Part shown: piece by piece, positions 15,568 through 23,439 of the stretch
Layout of the letters: each line of letters opens with the position of its first letter
How positions within the stretch are numbered: position 1 is the stretch's first letter
Source: a virus
Virus record (IMG/VR): IMGVR_UViG_3300037420_000416
Length of the DNA stretch: 60,742 nucleotides
Reading direction: 5' to 3' (one strand)
Made by a program: the position numbers and the translations under genes
Notes under the pieces: generated by a model
The model's input: only the letters and a program-made list of their open reading frames with translations
Database searches by the model: none
What the model was told of the DNA's origin: nothing

Positions 15568-15899
15568 GCAAGCAATTCAATGTCGGTGATGTGTGCATAG
15601 GGCGTGGGTTCATTGTCAACACGGATCGGAATGGGCTTGAGTGCGTGATTCTACAAGGGCTTGACGAGCGACAGACCTACAACCTCGCACTCGATCTGAC
15701 GAGCAAGTTTGCCGGCTACTTGGTCGAGTGGTCAGACGGGAGTGTGGCGCATGTTAGACCAGAAAGACTGTACCTGAAGCGCCCTCCGCGCCGCGACATC
15801 GACGAGGTAGTCCGATGGGAATCTGTCGGATGGATGCCGATGGACGTGAAGCTGGATCGGGCCATCAGGGAAATGTTGCGGAATCAGGTGAGGGCATGA
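15564..15899 (+). CDS. Hypothetical early protein (111 aa)
   Basis: Track ORF 15552..15899. ATG 15564 overlaps the upstream stop (ATGA). Confidence 0.55.
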   Translation: MSKQFNVGDVCIGRGFIVNTDRNGLECVILQGLDERQTYNLALDLTSKFAGYLVEWSDGSVAHVRPERLYLKRPPRRDIDEVVRWESVGWMPMDVKLDRAIREMLRNQVRA

Positions 15900-16321
15900 G
15901 CACCAAGAATCGAGGCATCACCAAACGCGACGTCATTGTGCCGATTGCTCGACTGGCCGGCAAGCAAAGAGTGGGTCAGGAAGACGCCGACGAACTTACG
16001 CTGCCGACCTTGATTTACCTGGACGCGGCCAAGCGCGGCGCCTGCCCGCACGCCGGCTACAACTCGTTGGCTACCACCTTGCTTGCTGCGGCCAGCATCG
16101 CAGTGCAGACGCAATCGAAGCGCTTCTACAACATCGTGGACAGCGCCTACAGCCTGCTCGTGAAGGCTGGGCTGCGCGAAACGAAGATGCTCGACCTGAC
16201 CACGACGGAGTACCAGGCGATCCGCTCCGCGCTGGCGTGGTATGTGCGGTCGCTGCCGACGGTTGAGGTGGGCGTGTTGAGTAGGGCGTATGCCCGCGCA
16301 CAGGCAATGATGGCTCAATGA
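15896..16321 (+). CDS. Hypothetical early protein (141 aa)
   Basis: In the frame of track ORF 15815..16321. ATG 15896 is ATGA-coupled. Confidence 0.55.
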   Translation: MSTKNRGITKRDVIVPIARLAGKQRVGQEDADELTLPTLIYLDAAKRGACPHAGYNSLATTLLAAASIAVQTQSKRFYNIVDSAYSLLVKAGLRETKMLDLTTTEYQAIRSALAWYVRSLPTVEVGVLSRAYARAQAMMAQ

Positions 16322-16331
16322 GGGAGATGCA

Positions 16332-16742
16332 ATGGCAACGTATACATTCGAGCACGAGACCGCTCTGACGTTCATCGAAAAGATGCTGCGCGCGCTGACT
16401 GAGCGGCCGATGACGCGCGCCGAGATGCAGCAGCGTCTCTTTGCCAGCAAAACGAAGATGCTGGCGTATATCCGCTTCCTTCATCATGGCACTGGACAGC
16501 CGAAGCGCATCTACATCGCTAGCTATGACGAGCGCGAGACTGGCGGCAGAAATCCGCGTTACGCCGTCGGCGACAAGGATGATGCGCCGCCGCTCGGCGC
16601 GAAGACCATGGCTCAACGTCACGCGATTCGCAAGGCGGATCCCGAAAAGCACCGGCGGCATCTGGCGAAGCTGCGCGCAGCAGCCGCGGCAAAACGATCA
16701 AGGGCTAAGCCGGTGACTTGGCTGTCAGCACTGGGGATCTGA
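16332..16742 (+). CDS. Hypothetical early protein, possible winged helix (136 aa)
   Basis: Track ORF with GGGAG upstream and a basic C-terminal tail. Confidence 0.55.
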   Translation: MATYTFEHETALTFIEKMLRALTERPMTRAEMQQRLFASKTKMLAYIRFLHHGTGQPKRIYIASYDERETGGRNPRYAVGDKDDAPPLGAKTMAQRHAIRKADPEKHRRHLAKLRAAAAAKRSRAKPVTWLSALGI

Positions 16743-16744
16743 TC

Positions 16745-17659
16745 ATGAAAGCAATCGACCTTTTCGCCGGCGCCGGCGGATTCAGCACCGGTGCCCGCAT
16801 GGCTGGTGTTGACGTCGTGTGGGCAGCGAACCACTGGCCAGCCGCCGTCGCTATCCATTCGCAGAATCATCCGGGCGCAGCGCACGCATGCCAGGATCTG
16901 CACCAAACGAACTGGCAGGACGTGCCGGCGCACGACATCCTGATGGCATCGCCGTGCTGTCAAGGCCACAGCAGGGCGCGCGGCAAGGCCAACGGCAACC
17001 CGCAGCACGACGCCAGCCGCTCTACGGCATGGGCGGTCGTATCGGCGGCCGAGTACCACCGGCCTGCGTTCGCCGTGATCGAGAACGTGCCCGAGTTCAC
17101 GCGCTGGGCGCTGTATCCGGCGTGGTGCGCTGCGATGGATGCGCTGGGGTACGCGCTGACGCCGATGATCGTGGACGCCGCGGATCACGGCGCGCCGCAG
17201 CACCGGGAACGCCTGTTCATCGTGGCGGCCCGGGCCAAACACCCGCTCATGATCGACCTTCCGAAGCAACCGCATGTGCCGGCCAGCAGCTTCATCGATT
17301 TCGGCGCCGGGAGATGGCAGCCGATCGAGAAGCCGGGCCGCGCTGCGAACACGCTAGCGCGCATTGCCGCCGGCCGCGCCGCGCACGGCGACCGCTTCAT
17401 CAGCAGCTACTACGGCGCCGAAAAAGGCGGACGATCGATTGCGCGTCCCGTCGGCACCATCACCACCCGTGACCGCCACGCGATCATTGACGGAGATCGC
17501 ATGCGCATGTTCTCGGCGCAGGAATGCCGGGCCGCGATGGGCTTCCCGGCCGACTACATCCTGCCGGCCGCGCACCGGGACGCCGTACACATGCTGGGTA
17601 ACGCTGTGGCGCAGCCGGCCGCACGCGACGTCATCACGGCGATGCTGGAGGCTGCATGA
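16745..17659 (+). CDS. DNA (cytosine-5)-methyltransferase no. 1 (304 aa)
   Basis: In the frame of track ORF 16718..17659. Motifs: DLFAGAGGFS (I), SPCCQGHS (IV), VIENVPEF (VI), QHRERLFIV (VIII), LGNAVAQP (X). Confidence 0.9.
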   Translation: MKAIDLFAGAGGFSTGARMAGVDVVWAANHWPAAVAIHSQNHPGAAHACQDLHQTNWQDVPAHDILMASPCCQGHSRARGKANGNPQHDASRSTAWAVVSAAEYHRPAFAVIENVPEFTRWALYPAWCAAMDALGYALTPMIVDAADHGAPQHRERLFIVAARAKHPLMIDLPKQPHVPASSFIDFGAGRWQPIEKPGRAANTLARIAAGRAAHGDRFISSYYGAEKGGRSIARPVGTITTRDRHAIIDGDRMRMFSAQECRAAMGFPADYILPAAHRDAVHMLGNAVAQPAARDVITAMLEAA

Positions 17660-17913
17660 GCGCCATTCGTAACCATGACCAAATCTGCGCCATGTGCGAC
17701 GAGTACAGCGTCAAGCAGGCCGCTCCAGAGTACGCCGCACTCGGCATGGGCCGATGCCTCGCGCGCCACGATCACGGCCACCTATCCGTGCACGTAGGGT
17801 GGGATTGCGAAACGTGCGTGAGCTTCCGACTCGATCGGTCGAATTTGGCAAAGCGCCGGCAGTACGTCGCGACGCAGCGGCAGAAGCAGGAGGGCAATCA
17901 TGAAATCACGTAA
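17656..17913 (+). CDS. Cys-rich hypothetical protein (85 aa)
   Basis: Track ORF, ATGA-coupled. Confidence 0.55.
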   Translation: MSAIRNHDQICAMCDEYSVKQAAPEYAALGMGRCLARHDHGHLSVHVGWDCETCVSFRLDRSNLAKRRQYVATQRQKQEGNHEIT

Positions 17914-18067
17914 TCAGCGCGAGGGCGGCTATCTCGGCTACTACATGAGCGTCTACGACAATATCGGGCGCATGTGGCTTGGTGACTTGCCCGCCCCGCG
18001 TCGCAGACATCACCGTCAGGGCAACTGGCATTGGAAGACGTTGCGCGAGATGAGGGGCAGGGCATGA
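17900..18067 (+). CDS. Small basic protein (55 aa)
   Basis: Below the track cutoff. ATG 17900; the stop overlaps the next ATG (ATGA at 18064-18067). MKSRNQREGGYLGYYMSVYDNIGRMW... Confidence 0.35.
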   Translation: MKSRNQREGGYLGYYMSVYDNIGRMWLGDLPAPRRRHHRQGNWHWKTLREMRGRA

Positions 18068-18375
18068 GATACGGCGCCAAAGTAGACGCCAACCAAGTTG
18101 AGATCGTCGCTGCGCTGCGCAAGGCCGGCTGCACCGTTCAGCACTTGCACGCCGTCGGGAAGGGCTGTCCTGACCTCCTGTGCGCGCTTGGCGGGGCGAC
18201 ATTCCTTATCGAAGTAAAGGACGGCGCCAAGCCGCCCAACAAACAGGCGCTCACGCCGGACCAGAAAACATGGCACGCGAGCTGGGGCGCACAGGTTCAC
18301 ATCGTAAATTCGGTGGCTGGTGCGCTTCTCGTCGCCGAAATGTACAGGATGCGCACACCGAAGGAGACAACATGA
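18064..18375 (+). CDS. VRR-NUC domain nuclease (103 aa)
   Basis: In the frame of track ORF 18031..18375. GCPDLLCALGGATFLIEVKDGAKPPNKQALTPDQKTWH fits the VRR-NUC D...E-x-K core followed by the Q..W motif. Confidence 0.6.
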   Translation: MRYGAKVDANQVEIVAALRKAGCTVQHLHAVGKGCPDLLCALGGATFLIEVKDGAKPPNKQALTPDQKTWHASWGAQVHIVNSVAGALLVAEMYRMRTPKETT

Positions 18376-18956
18376 ACGAAGAAAACACGAACCGGCTTGC
18401 CATGCAGGCAGAGGTCGAACGAGACATCACGCCCGGCTTACCACGGGTAGAGCGTGCGATCGCATTCGTGCAAACGCGCGGCATGGCGACGTCGTCCGAG
18501 CTGCACATGGTGATGGAACTGGAGCCGAATGAACTGGCGTCCGACTATCTCGATAGTGCGCTCTCGGGCGGGTTGCTGGTCAAGACGGGCAAGTATTGGA
18601 TGCCGGGCACCGCTCCGACAATCGCGGCTGATGCGCCGGCATACGCCATCCCGACATTCGTCCCGCCGCAGCCCGTCGACAACGTGGTGTCGCTCGAACC
18701 GCAGCGCACCGCGCGCGTTAAGCCGGTGGACAAACTCGATTTCGCCGCATTCGCCGACATGGTGAACAACCAGGTCGAGACCGGCAGCGCGCCTGCTCGC
18801 AACACCGCGCCGGTTATCCGCTGCGGCCTGTGGTCGGATGGCTCTGTCGAGGTGCAGCGTGACGGCAAGACGTCGGCCGTGCTGTTCGTGGAAGAGGTGG
18901 CCCACCTCACAGATTTCTGGAAACGCGTATCCGCAAATGCCAAGGAGGCAATGTGA
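18372..18956 (+). CDS. Hypothetical early protein (194 aa)
   Basis: In the frame of track ORF 18180..18956. ATG 18372 is ATGA-coupled. Confidence 0.55.
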   Translation: MNEENTNRLAMQAEVERDITPGLPRVERAIAFVQTRGMATSSELHMVMELEPNELASDYLDSALSGGLLVKTGKYWMPGTAPTIAADAPAYAIPTFVPPQPVDNVVSLEPQRTARVKPVDKLDFAAFADMVNNQVETGSAPARNTAPVIRCGLWSDGSVEVQRDGKTSAVLFVEEVAHLTDFWKRVSANAKEAM

Positions 18957-19306
18957 AAGTGATCGAGCACGCCGTGGTCGAAGAAGCGCCGAACCCCGAC
19001 TCTCCATTCATCACCGTCATGAAGCTGTGGGCGCGCTGGATGACACTAACCGACAGGCGCGAAGCCGGCGGCTGGGCGCATCCGCAGGACGTGAAGGAAT
19101 TCATGCGCGCCGGGGAAGCGGTGGATGCGATGGTCAACGACCTGCCGAGCGCGCAACGGTGGGCGATCTACCGGGCATACGGGATTGCTACCGTCTGGCG
19201 CTTCCCGAATCTGCCGCTTGCTGAGGTCGTGATCGAGGCCGAGCAGATTTTGACGCCGAAGATGCTGAGAAATGTTGACGTGAAGCGATATTTCAATGGG
19301 AGCTAA
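18953..19306 (+). CDS. Putative late-gene antiterminator (Q-like), 117 aa
   Basis: Track ORF with a GTG start 4 nt after AGGAGG. It is the last regulatory-sized gene before a strong promoter plus immediate terminator (19886-19986). The assignment rests mainly on position. Confidence 0.4.
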   Translation: MKVIEHAVVEEAPNPDSPFITVMKLWARWMTLTDRREAGGWAHPQDVKEFMRAGEAVDAMVNDLPSAQRWAIYRAYGIATVWRFPNLPLAEVVIEAEQILTPKMLRNVDVKRYFNGS

Positions 19307-19868
19307 GTCGTTGCCGATCTGCCCGCGATGCGGGCAGCCCAAAGAGGGCCCTTGCCTGCCGTGCAAGAGGGCAAGTGCCAGGGCATACATAGCCCGCAAT
19401 AAGGAAAAGGTGCGCGCGAAGAACAACATATGGAAGGCAAACAACAAAGAGCATTACGACGCCAAGGCTGCCGAATATCGAGCCAAGAACAAGGAGCGGA
19501 TACGACAAAGGGCCGCCGAGTATCATATGACCAACAAGGAACTACTGAATGAGCGATCCGCAGCTTGGCGGAAAGCGAACCCAGAGAAATGCCGGATACA
19601 AGCTCACGATCGACGAGCTAGGGTAAAAGGCGTTGGCGGCGCGTTATCGAAGGACATCTACGAACGCCTTTTTAAGCTTCAAAAGGGGAAGTGCGCCTGC
19701 TGTGGGCAGCCGCTTGGCAAGGACGGCCACCTTGATCACATCATGCCGATATCTATGGGCGGCAAGAACGAGGATGCTAACGTCCAACTGCTCACGCAGA
19801 GGTGCAACAACCAGAAGCACGCTAAGCATCCGGTCGACTTTATGCGGGAGAAAGGGTTCTTGTTGTAG
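19296..19868 (+). CDS. HNH endonuclease (190 aa)
   Basis: Track ORF. N-terminal CPRCG...CLPC; C-terminal CACCGQPL...HLDHIMPISMGGKNEDANVQLLTQRCNNQKH is an HNH core. The DNA is more AT-rich than the flanks. Confidence 0.85.
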   Translation: MGAKSLPICPRCGQPKEGPCLPCKRASARAYIARNKEKVRAKNNIWKANNKEHYDAKAAEYRAKNKERIRQRAAEYHMTNKELLNERSAAWRKANPEKCRIQAHDRRARVKGVGGALSKDIYERLFKLQKGKCACCGQPLGKDGHLDHIMPISMGGKNEDANVQLLTQRCNNQKHAKHPVDFMREKGFLL

Positions 19869-19885
19869 ATTCTTGTAGAAAACTA

Positions 19886-19914
19886 TTGCATTCCGAAAAG
19901 GCTAGGATTACTAT
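19886..19914 (+). promoter_or_regulatory. PR'-like late promoter
   Basis: TTGCAT (19886-19891) - 17 nt - TACTAT (19909-19914). Confidence 0.6.
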
Positions 19915-19952
19915 GGCTGAGCTAGATGTCGATATTGCGCGCTAGTTCATCG

Positions 19953-19986
19953 AAACCCGCCAAAACACAGGCGGGTTTTGTCGTTT
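19953..19986 (+). terminator. tR'-like terminator about 35-65 nt after the late promoter
   Basis: AAACCCGCC - loop - GGCGGGTTT followed by TGTCGTTT. Confidence 0.7.
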
Positions 19987-20550
19987 ACAGCGTCCACATC
20001 AGCGAGCAAGACATGCAGCGAGAGCCCGAGCCAAGCGCCACCGACGCGGTTTTCGTCGTAGTCTGCCTGCTGATGATAGCTGCATGGTTCGTCGCGATAA
20101 TGCTCGACGTGACGTACGATATGGCGCGCGAGGCGTTGGCGAGAATGACGTTTCGCGGCTGGTAATTCGACGCACAGCGGCTCGGCCCCGCTGAATCTTT
20201 CCTGTTGAATTTCTAAAACGCTGCCTGATGCGAGCGTCGGCGCCTGACTGGCGTAACCAGTCGCCACACGCATGCGCTTTGCCTCCTGTTCTAGACGAGC
20301 GGTGCACCGCTCCAGCAGAGCGCAGTTGTGTTGCGTAAGCGCAGGCTGATGCGCTAAGTAGTTGGCCGAGTTGGAAGCTCTTAGGAACACTCGGGGCCGG
20401 CATTGATCCTGAGCCCGGCGCCGGGCGCTGATGGGGAGCCGGTTGGGCGGCGAGCAAGCCAGAGATCAGCGCCGGCCGCAACAGCCAAAGCAGGGCCGCA
20501 AGACTGTAAGACAACCGCCCTATACAAGCCCAAAAGGGTGATCTATTTTG

Positions 20551-20838
20551 ATGGGTGATGAAATGTCTGAACATGTCATGGTCTGTAAGCTCCAACTGCA
20601 CAGCAAAAATCCGATGAAGGGCTACAGCTCGACAAACGAGGAAATGCCCGGGCAGTCGGTGCATTTCGGCGCGGTGTGGGAAGGATCGACTGAGAAGCAG
20701 CAGGCATCCGAAAACGCTGTGTTCGGCCACTGGACTCCGTATGCGGAATTCAAGGGCTCCATCCTTAACCAAGCCGTCAACGACAAGCTTGTCGTCGGGA
20801 AGAAGTACTACGTGACGTTCACGGAAGCGCCCGACTAA
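20551..20838 (+). CDS. Hypothetical protein (95 aa), flanked by terminators
   Basis: Track ORF 20548..20838. The start is uncertain (ATG 20551 or 20563). ...VCKLQLHSKNPMKGYSSTNEEMPGQSVHFGAVWEG... Confidence 0.55.
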   Translation: MGDEMSEHVMVCKLQLHSKNPMKGYSSTNEEMPGQSVHFGAVWEGSTEKQQASENAVFGHWTPYAEFKGSILNQAVNDKLVVGKKYYVTFTEAPD

Positions 20839-20876
20839 GTACCGAGTCTCCTCCAATCTCCCCGAGTTTGGACTTC

Positions 20877-20911
20877 GCCGCCTGCCGCAGCAATGCGACG
20901 GCGGCTTTTTT
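20877..20911 (+). terminator. Rho-independent terminator
   Basis: GCCGCC - loop - GGCGGC followed by TTTTTTATTT. Confidence 0.55.
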
Positions 20912-20925
20912 ATTTGAGGCCGTCC

Positions 20926-21579
20926 ATGTTGAAGCACTTCGCCGGAAATACGGTCGGCCGTGACTTCGTCGTGGGCGATATTCATGGATGCTTCCGCAAG
21001 CTCGAAGTTGAATTGGCTACGCTGGGGTTCGACCCTGAAACTGATCGTCTGTTCAGCGTGGGTGATCTGGTGGATCGCGGTCCAGACTCGGAACTGGCTA
21101 TAGAGTGGCTGGAAAAGCCGTGGTTCCATGCTGTACGCGGCAACCATGAGCAAATGGCGATCGACTGCGCCAAGGGCGGAATCGACACCGGCTGCTATCT
21201 CGCCAATGGCGGGGCATGGTTCTTGGCATTGACGCGGCCCGAGCAACGCAAGTTTGCCGACGTCTTTGAATCGATGCCGATAGCCATTGAAGTGGAAACG
21301 GCGGCTGGCCTCGTTGGCATCGTGCACGCAAACAGCCCGTACGGCCATTGGACGGACCTCGCGCAGGGATTGTCCGGCGCTCGAGCGAGCGCGTTGGCTG
21401 ACGTTTGCATGTGGGACCGGTCGCGCATCCTCAATGAGGACGCATCGGGCGTATCCGGCGTCCATGCGCTTTATGTTGGGCACACGCCCGTACATCGCCC
21501 GACCTCGTTGGGCAACGTCCACTACGTCGATACTGGCGCTGTGTTTGGTCGCGCGCTGACGATCATCCAGATCAACTGA
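20926..21579 (+). CDS. Lambda-type Ser/Thr protein phosphatase (metallophosphoesterase, 217 aa)
   Basis: Track ORF 20893..21579. ATG 20926 lies after the terminator and a GAGG. VVGDIHGCFRKL, SVGDLVDRGPDS, AVRGNHEQM and YVGHTPV parallel the lambda PP motifs. Confidence 0.88.
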   Translation: MLKHFAGNTVGRDFVVGDIHGCFRKLEVELATLGFDPETDRLFSVGDLVDRGPDSELAIEWLEKPWFHAVRGNHEQMAIDCAKGGIDTGCYLANGGAWFLALTRPEQRKFADVFESMPIAIEVETAAGLVGIVHANSPYGHWTDLAQGLSGARASALADVCMWDRSRILNEDASGVSGVHALYVGHTPVHRPTSLGNVHYVDTGAVFGRALTIIQIN

Positions 21580-21677
21580 CCGAGGCTCGCGATGCACATC
21601 ACCCTTGAAGCTGAGCGCGCTTGGGTGATGATCCTCATTCAGTTGGAGCGGGATCGCATCGCGCTTCGAGTAACACC

Positions 21678-21914
21678 ATGAGCGGCCCGATCGACGCATA
21701 TCGCGCCCAGATCATCCGCGCAGTCGTAGGCAGGAAGCCGATCGCCGTCGAAGATATCGCCGCGCTTGATCGCATCTGCCAACGCCTCGTGGAAGCTGAG
21801 CAGGCGCACGAGATCCTGCGCGCTCTCGGATACGGGAAGCGCTGGAACACGCTCGCCGAGCTCGCTGAAATGGTCCCGCACTCGACCGCGATGCTCATCC
21901 GCCAGAAGAAGTAG
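21678..21914 (+). CDS. Hypothetical protein (78 aa)
   Basis: Track ORF 21621..21914. ATG 21678 (MSGPIDAYRAQIIRAV...) is ATGA-coupled to a possible 29-codon ORF at 21592-21681. Confidence 0.45.
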   Translation: MSGPIDAYRAQIIRAVVGRKPIAVEDIAALDRICQRLVEAEQAHEILRALGYGKRWNTLAELAEMVPHSTAMLIRQKK

Positions 21915-21919
21915 CCGAC

Positions 21920-22192
21920 ATGGACTTCGACAACCTGTTCGCCCTCTACGAGAGGAACAAGGCGAACGCCGATAGGCGCGGCATCGGCTACACGCTGACG
22001 TTCAAGCAATGGCTTGATGTGTGGGGCCCGAACATCCTCGACGAGCACCGCGGCACGGGCGACGACCGCCTGCGCCTGGAGCGCATCGACAAGGGCGGCA
22101 TCTTCGAGGCGGGGAACGTGCAGCTGGCGCGTAGAGTGAAGCGCGGCCAGATACGTCGCTTGATGCGGGCTCTTGAGCGAGAGCTCGCGTAA
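21920..22192 (+). CDS. Hypothetical protein (90 aa)
   Basis: Track ORF. RRGIGYTLTFKQWLDVWGP...LRLERIDKGGIFEAGNVQLA resembles the central block of the 290-aa protein at 47927-48799. Confidence 0.5.
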   Translation: MDFDNLFALYERNKANADRRGIGYTLTFKQWLDVWGPNILDEHRGTGDDRLRLERIDKGGIFEAGNVQLARRVKRGQIRRLMRALERELA

Positions 22193-22204
22193 AAACCCGG
22201 CCGC

Positions 22205-22399
22205 TTACGGCTTCTTTGATTTGAGCAGAAACAGTTCGAACAGTGCCGCATCCATCGCGCGGTGAGCTGGTGAGGAGACAGGTGCCTCCCAGTTCTGCCA
22301 TGTACGTAGCGGCTTGCCGATCACTGCTGCCGCTTCGGTTTGCGTGAGGTCGGCGGAGAGGCGCGCAGCCCGAATTTCGTCAGGTGTCGGCTTGGTCAT
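22205..22399 (-). CDS. Small XRE/MqsA-type HTH protein (64 aa), second gene of a reverse-oriented cassette
   Basis: Track ORF. PDEIRAARLSADLTQTEAAAVIGKPLRTWQNWEAP is a typical short HTH. It starts 2 nt after the upstream gene ends. Confidence 0.7.
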   Translation of the reverse strand: MTKPTPDEIRAARLSADLTQTEAAAVIGKPLRTWQNWEAPVSSPAHRAMDAALFELFLLKSKKP

Positions 22400-22401
22400 A
22401 A

Positions 22402-22710
22402 TCAGGCGAACAGGTTGTTGATTTCATAGCTTTTGCGGGCGCTATCAGCTGCCTTGGCCACAGCAGCAGAGGCGCAGCGCTCGGCATAAGCCTTGGCCTT
22501 AGCCATCAAGCCGCGCGCTTCGTCGGCGGAGATTTTCTCCAGACCGTTGTGCGGCACGAACTTATACAACTGCTCGTTGCGACGCAGGATGTACGCATCG
22601 GGAGCGTAGTCGCCCGGGGTTGCGATCTTCGCCATGACGACGAGACCCGACAGGAAGCCGACTTTGACAGTTTGGCCGACTTCCCATGCTTGCTTGGACT
22701 TGGTGATCAT
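22402..22710 (-). CDS. Unknown 102-aa protein, first gene of the reverse-oriented cassette
   Basis: Track ORF with AAGGAG 7 nt before the ATG. It has its own strong promoter upstream. Confidence 0.65.
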   Translation of the reverse strand: MITKSKQAWEVGQTVKVGFLSGLVVMAKIATPGDYAPDAYILRRNEQLYKFVPHNGLEKISADEARGLMAKAKAYAERCASAAVAKAADSARKSYEINNLFA

Positions 22711-22749
22711 GGCGTTCTCCTTGAGTGGGTGAATGCTGCTCCGATAAGT

Positions 22750-22780
22750 TCATTGTAGTGCACCCAATGAGTGTATTCAA
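22750..22780 (-). promoter_or_regulatory. Promoter and palindromic operator of the 102-aa/HTH cassette
   Basis: The minus strand reads TTGAAT (22775-22780) - 17 nt - TACAAT (22752-22757). The inverted repeat TCATTG-N9-CAATGA (22750-22770) covers the spacer and -10. Confidence 0.6.
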
Positions 22781-22818
22781 GGACTACCCACACATACCTA
22801 TCAAAAGGAATAGGCCCT

Positions 22819-23439
22819 ATGGCGCAAACGGAGAAGTCTGCGCCGGACTGGGAACGCATTGAAGCGGACTACCGGGCCGGCATCCTGTCGGTGCGGGAGA
22901 TAGCATCCTCGCAAGGCATCACGCACGGAGCAATCCAGAAGCGTGCCAAGCGGGACGGATGGGTTCGTGACCTGTCTGGGAAGATCGCGGCAAAGGCGAA
23001 CGCGCTGGTAGCCACTGGCGAAGTAGCCACGCAGGTAGCCACGGAAAAAGCGGCTACCGACAAGCTGATCATCGACGCGAACGCGCAGGTTATCGCGCAA
23101 GTGCGACTGACCCACCGTGGCGATATCGCGCGTGCCCGCAAGCTGTGCATGTCGTTGCTGCAAGAGATCGAAGTCGAGACCGACAACATCGACCTGTTCG
23201 ATCAACTAGGTGAGTTGCTGCGCGCCGAGGACGACAAAGGCCAGGACAAGCGCAACGACGTCTACCGCCGCGTTATCTCCGGCGCCTCGCGCATCGACAG
23301 CATGAAGAAGCTGGCCGACGCTCTGAAGGTGCTGATCGGCCTAGAGCGCGAGGCATACAACATCGGCGAGACCGGAGGCCAGCAGGGCGGCAACAACGCC
23401 GACCTCTTGCGGCAACTTGTCGAAATGCTGCCCGACTGA
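22819..23439 (+). CDS. terS: Terminase small subunit (206 aa)
   Basis: Track ORF 22771..23439 with ATG 22819. N-terminal HTH (ILSVREIASSQGITHGAIQKRAKRDGW). It lies immediately upstream of terL and overlaps it. Confidence 0.65.
   Translation: MAQTEKSAPDWERIEADYRAGILSVREIASSQGITHGAIQKRAKRDGWVRDLSGKIAAKANALVATGEVATQVATEKAATDKLIIDANAQVIAQVRLTHRGDIARARKLCMSLLQEIEVETDNIDLFDQLGELLRAEDDKGQDKRNDVYRRVISGASRIDSMKKLADALKVLIGLEREAYNIGETGGQQGGNNADLLRQLVEMLPD

Noticed and set aside
16819-17472. 217-aa same-strand alternative-frame ORF inside C5-methyltransferase no. 1
   Set aside because: Its translation is Arg/Gly/Ala/Pro junk without motifs. I used it as the negative comparison for the unusual frame-B ORF at 57409..58101.
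19926-20165. 79-aa + strand ORF after the late promoter
   Set aside because: Its N-terminal third is the terminator hairpin itself (KPAKTQAGF is encoded by AAACCCGCC...GGCGGGTTT). Only the distal 50 codons (ATG 20013, one TM helix) could be a gene, and they lack a convincing RBS, so I left it unannotated.
20203-20209. Isolated GTTGAAT operator half-sites at 20203-20209 and (reverse) 47343-47349
   Set aside because: They are single half-sites without the inverted partner. A 7-mer is expected by chance several times in 121 kb of two-strand sequence, so I do not call them operators.
19999-21699. 566-aa minus-strand ORF, the longest non-annotated ORF in the window
   Set aside because: It runs antisense through the 95-aa gene, two + strand terminators and the lambda-type phosphatase gene. 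Its composition is Arg/His/Pro/Ala-rich with no motif, so it is a shadow ORF.
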